Source: a bacterium (GTDB taxonomy: Bacteria; CALINM01). From it: a stretch of DNA of 11,090 bases. Positions 8,061-11,090 of this stretch are shown here, piece by piece (positions within the stretch are counted from its first letter, which is position 1; each line of letters begins with the position of its first letter). A program made the position numbers and the translations under genes. The notes beneath the pieces were generated by a model. The model did no database searches. It was not told the origin of the DNA and saw nothing but the letters and a program-made list of their open reading frames with translations. Where the stretch lies: the NCBI GenBank assembly GCA_041640455.1, contig JBEQAF010000070.1, forward strand, positions 1 through 11,090. Reading direction: 5' to 3'.

Positions 8061-8966
8061 ATGGAAGACCTTGTTTTTTGTTTTGATGTGGGGGGCACCA
8101 GCTGTAAGGTAGGGATTTTTAGTCAGTCTGGTGAGCTTATTAAATGGTGGAAAACAAGCTCAAGGCTCTTTTCTGATCCCCAGACATTTGTTGCTGGATT
8201 CAGGGAAGAGATATTTCGTTTTGAGGATTTTAAAAACTACAGCACCATAAGCATCGGTGTTCCCGGTCTTGTTAAGGATGACGGTGTGGTGGTAGAATCT
8301 CCCAATCTACCTTTATGGAAAAATCTTGATGTCCAAAAAATCATATCAGAAGCCTTTGGTGTAAAAGTTTTCGTAGAAAATGACGCCAATCTTTTTGCAC
8401 TGGGCGAAGGTTACGCCGGTTCAGCAAAGGATTTTAAAAGCTATCTGGGCATAACACTCGGCACAGGTATTGGCGGCGGGATAGTAATAGATGGGAGACT
8501 GATTAAAGGTCAAAAGGGGATGGCAGGGGAGATAGGACATATGGTAATTCATCCTAACGGTCCCCTATGCGGTTGTGGAAATAAAGGCTGTCTGGAAGCC
8601 TATTCTTCAGGACGGGCTATTAAAAATCAGATGCATCAGCTGACAGGGCTTGAACTTGAACCGGAAGACATATTTAATCTTGCAAAAAAGGGAGATAAAA
8701 AGGCTCTGAAGGTTTTTGAAAAAGCCGGTTACCATCTGGGCATTGGTATAGCCAATCTGGTTAATATTCTTGATATAAACTGCGTAATTTTGGGGGGAGG
8801 CATATCATCGGCTTTTGAACTAATGATAAACGAGATTAAAAAAGGTTTTCGTGAGCACACATTTAAAATCCATTTTGACACAACAGTGATAAATAAAACC
8901 TCCCTGCAGGATCTTTCAGCCCTTTACGGTGCATTTAGTCTTACCATACAGAATGTAAAACATTAA
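8061..8966 (+). CDS. ROK-family sugar kinase (probable glucokinase)
   Basis: DVGGT, ENDAN, TLGTGIGGG, GEIGH and the Zn motif CGCGNKGCLE; no N-terminal HTH; starts immediately after the uxs stop. Confidence 0.92.
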   Translation: MEDLVFCFDVGGTSCKVGIFSQSGELIKWWKTSSRLFSDPQTFVAGFREEIFRFEDFKNYSTISIGVPGLVKDDGVVVESPNLPLWKNLDVQKIISEAFGVKVFVENDANLFALGEGYAGSAKDFKSYLGITLGTGIGGGIVIDGRLIKGQKGMAGEIGHMVIHPNGPLCGCGNKGCLEAYSSGRAIKNQMHQLTGLELEPEDIFNLAKKGDKKALKVFEKAGYHLGIGIANLVNILDINCVILGGGISSAFELMINEIKKGFREHTFKIHFDTTVINKTSLQDLSALYGAFSLTIQNVKH

Positions 8967-8978
8967 ACATGCACTTGC

Positions 8979-9190
8979 TAAAGACATATTTACCAGTTTG
9001 GAATAAATTATGTAAGCTGAATGATAGGTCTTTACCTTATTTAAAACACCCATATACTGTTCCCCAATCTTTTAAGCGTTTGGATCTTCCTTAGCCTGTG
9101 GAAAGCCTCTTTCCTGCTTATGGTTTCCTTTGCATTCTTCCATTCACCTCCTTTTACTTCAATAAAATCAAACTGGTTAATATGTCTATA
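8979..9190. mobile_element. 212-bp MITE-like element bounded by 22-bp imperfect inverted repeats
   Basis: 8979-9000 TAAAGACATATTTACCAGTTTG versus reverse complement of 9169-9190 TATAGACATATTAACCAGTTTG (20/22). No transposase inside. The inverted repeat is directly visible; the MITE label is inference. Confidence 0.5.
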
Positions 9191-9200
9191 CCTATCTGGT
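9133..9200. repeat. Intergenic repeat, copy 2 (core 9149-9200)
   Basis: TCCTTTTACTTCAATAAAATCAAACTGGTTAATATGTCTATACCTATCTGGT, direct repeat of 5417-5471. Confidence 0.95.
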
Positions 9201-9218
9201 TAAAGAGTAAAATTTTTA

Positions 9219-9247
9219 TTGCATTAATATTACAGGTTTACTATAAT
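9219..9247 (+). promoter_or_regulatory. Putative sigma70 promoter of rpmB (TTGCAT-N17-TATAAT)
   Basis: TTGCAT 9219-9224, TATAAT 9242-9247; SD GAGGTGA before ATG 9279. Confidence 0.75.
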
Positions 9248-9278
9248 AAACCCTCTAAATTTTTTGTGAGGTGATCTT

Positions 9279-9473
9279 ATGTCAAGAATGTGCGATGTTT
9301 GCGGAAAAAAGCCACAGGTTGGAAATAATGTGAGCCATGCAAACAATAGGACAAAAAGGATTTTTTACCCCAATCTTCAGAATATAAAGGCTGTTCTTGC
9401 AAACGGACAGGTAAAGAGGATAAAGGTCTGCACCAGCTGCATCAAATCAGGAAGAGTCAACAAGGCTGTTTAG
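9279..9473 (+). CDS. rpmB: 50S ribosomal protein L28 (zinc-binding C+ form)
   Basis: [34 protein letters not shown]...VCTSCIKSG, with two CxxC motifs. Confidence 0.97.
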   Translation: MSRMCDVCGKKPQVGNNVSHANNRTKRIFYPNLQNIKAVLANGQVKRIKVCTSCIKSGRVNKAV

Positions 9474-9850
9474 CCTTTGAATGCTATAGCCTCTATCTCT
9501 ACAAGCACGTTTCTTGGGAGATTGGAAACCTCAACAGTTGACCTTACAGGATAGGGGCTTTTGAAATATTTCTCATAGACACCGTTCATACCAGCAAAGT
9601 CATTGATATTTTTAAGAAATATGGTTGTTTTAACCACATCTTCAAGCCCATAACCTGCTTCTTTAAGAATTGCCAGAATATTTTTTAAAACCTGCTCTGT
9701 CTGATCTTCAATATTGCTACCTACAACTATCCCCTTTTCTGTATCAATCGGTATCTGCCCCGATAAAAACAAAAACCCTCCTATCATAACCCCCTGAGAA
9801 TATGGTCCGATAGGTTTGGGAGCCTTTGATGAAAATATCTCCTTTTTCAT
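9470..9850 (-). CDS. ridA: RidA (YjgF/YER057c/UK114) enamine/imine deaminase
   Basis: [36 protein letters not shown] (catalytic Arg), VEIEAIA; strong SD AAGGAGGT. Confidence 0.95.
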   Translation of the reverse strand: MKKEIFSSKAPKPIGPYSQGVMIGGFLFLSGQIPIDTEKGIVVGSNIEDQTEQVLKNILAILKEAGYGLEDVVKTTIFLKNINDFAGMNGVYEKYFKSPYPVRSTVEVSNLPRNVLVEIEAIAFKG

Positions 9851-9868
9851 AATATACCTCCTTATTAG

Positions 9869-9897
9869 ATTATAATTTGACAGTCAGGTTTTATCTA
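9869..9897 (-). promoter_or_regulatory. Putative ridA promoter (TAGATA-N17-TATAAT)
   Basis: Minus-strand -35 at 9897-9892 and -10 at 9874-9869, just upstream of the ridA SD. Confidence 0.55.
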
Positions 9898-9904
9898 TTA
9901 TAAT
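9877..9904 (+). promoter_or_regulatory. Putative promoter of the Cys-rich gene (TTGACA-N16-TATAAT)
   Basis: Both hexamers match consensus exactly; ATG 9911 begins 7 nt after the end of the -10 box. Confidence 0.75.
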
Positions 9905-9910
9905 TTTAAT

Positions 9911-10129
9911 ATGATTAATTACGATGAGGAAAAATTAGGGATCTGCCTTTGTGAGGACTGCCCGACCTATACCAAACCTCTTTTTCCAAAAAAGGAGGGG
10001 GTTTTCTGTGCTGTTGGCAGGGCATCAGATACTCTGGTAAAAAAAGGTTGTCTTTGCAGACAATGTCCCTTATACAGCGAATATGGACTGCATGGCACCT
10101 TTTTCTGTATAGAAGGTCCATCAGATTAA
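9911..10129 (+). CDS. Small Cys-rich protein, DUF2769-like, 72 aa
   Basis: Eight Cys arranged as two repeats of CxCxxCPxY...FCxxG, matching my recollection of DUF2769; consensus promoter directly upstream. Confidence 0.75.
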   Translation: MINYDEEKLGICLCEDCPTYTKPLFPKKEGVFCAVGRASDTLVKKGCLCRQCPLYSEYGLHGTFFCIEGPSD

Positions 10130-10215
10130 ATTAAGTTTAAACTTAGATGAAAGCAAAGAATTCTGTCTGAATTCATATAACATATGTGCATATTTCCTTG
10201 AAATATAAATAATAT

Positions 10216-10244
10216 TTGACCTTAATGGCTTTTTCTGATAGATT
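10216..10244 (+). promoter_or_regulatory. Putative sigma70 promoter (TTGACC-N17-TAGATT with extended -10 TG)
   Basis: TTGACC 10216-10221, TG at 10236-10237, TAGATT 10239-10244, ATG at 10254; no SD. Confidence 0.55.
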
Positions 10245-10253
10245 AAAACCAAT

Positions 10254-11090
10254 ATGGCTAACATTGTAAGCGTTGAAAATACAGTTATAGATTTAGCCAA
10301 AGCTATTAAAGCCATATCCTTTTACCCATCAGGACATCCTACTCTTAGCAAGGTGCTATCAAAAATAGCTGCAGATATTGCAACCTTTTGTGAAGATGGC
10401 AAGCTTACCATAGAAGCTACCAAAGAGGCTTTTATAGTTAAAAATAACAGAATATCTTCTGCAAATCCTGTTTTGAGGGATTTTTTGCAGACCCTGTTTC
10501 TCAGAAGGGTTAACAGGATAATTTTTTCCTGTCAGGTCAGCGGTGAAGAGTTATATGAGTTTTTAAATCTATTAACAATGGATATGAATAATATTTTTCA
10601 GGCTGGTGGTCTTGAGAATATTATGGAAGCCAGTAGTATTAAAAACATAGCCCTTTCAGAGAAGCAGTTTATCAGGCATAAAGAGCAAGCAAACAGCAAC
10701 GCCAGCCAGCACTCTACACATAATTCAGATAGTCAGAATCAGTTCTTTGATGTTAATAGTATCAATTTAAATGTTGTGGATTTACAAAACTCTCAGAACC
10801 TTAATTCCATTCAGCCATTGCAAAAAACTGAGGAGACAAAAGAAGAGCTCTGGCAGAGAATAAAGGCTGCCTTAGAAAATGCAAGAGATACAAACAATGT
10901 GGGGATCTATATTGAAAATATTAAAGATGTTGACGCCATAGTAAGCCAGTTAGTTGAAATTGATAATTTTATAATTGATGTTTTTTATTATTTTTCTCTT
11001 GATGCCCTGAATGAAAAGCTGATAGATGATATTAGAAAAGAAGCTCAGTCTTTTTTAAGAAATTCTTTTGGTAATGAGCGTATTAAGAAG
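10254..11090 (+). CDS. Uncharacterised protein with YPxxHP N-terminal domain (possibly HEAT-repeat type), 279 codons, continues beyond the right edge
   Basis: Absent from the ORF track (no stop). Translates MANIVSVENTVIDLAKAIKAISFYPSGHPTLSKVLSKI...LFLRRVNRIIF...EELYEFLNLL...GGLENIMEASSIKNI, then an N/S/Q-rich linker. This N-terminal domain resembles that of deltaproteobacterial HEAT-repeat and HD-GYP proteins; the C-terminal domain is not visible. Confidence 0.8.
   Translation, partial: MANIVSVENTVIDLAKAIKAISFYPSGHPTLSKVLSKIAADIATFCEDGKLTIEATKEAFIVKNNRISSANPVLRDFLQTLFLRRVNRIIFSCQVSGEELYEFLNLLTMDMNNIFQAGGLENIMEASSIKNIALSEKQFIRHKEQANSNASQHSTHNSDSQNQFFDVNSINLNVVDLQNSQNLNSIQPLQKTEETKEELWQRIKAALENARDTNNVGIYIENIKDVDAIVSQLVEIDNFIIDVFYYFSLDALNEKLIDDIRKEAQSFLRNSFGNERIKK

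Noticed and set aside
8757..8767. CTGGTTAATAT matching the repeat core inside the ROK gene
   Set aside because: Only 11 bp and encodes part of a typical ROK segment (NLVNI); probably coincidence.
5399..9200. CRISPR array, or a tRNA-anchored island or composite transposon bounded by the direct repeats
   Set aside because: Only two copies 3.7 kb apart, with no spacers or cas genes, no integrase or transposase, no duplicated tRNA 3' end, and housekeeping cargo.
9915..10315. Minus-strand ORFs 9915-10121 and 10121-10315
   Set aside because: Antisense to the Cys-rich gene and to the promoter and start of the final long ORF.

Overview
AT-rich bacterial chromosomal window, mostly housekeeping. In order: 5' part of an alpha-glucan phosphorylase (minus strand, truncated by the left edge); an orphan TraF-like outer-membrane beta-barrel; xseA; a membrane protein with about 12 TM helices fused to a C-terminal LuxR HTH; a tRNA-Gly/Cys/Leu cluster running directly into ugd, UDP-glucuronate decarboxylase and a ROK kinase; rpmB; ridA; an 8-Cys DUF2769-like small protein; and the 5' part of a YPxxHP-type protein (truncated by the right edge). 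Most notable: (1) an unannotated 55-70 bp intergenic repeat in two copies, each ending 18 bp upstream of the -35 box of a translation-machinery promoter (tRNA operon, rpmB), with one copy forming one arm of a 212-bp MITE-like inverted-repeat element; (2) a 12-TM/LuxR one-component regulator translationally coupled to xseA in an apparently diderm organism; (3) four genes that look leaderless or near-leaderless. All family calls are from motif recognition by eye; no searches were run.
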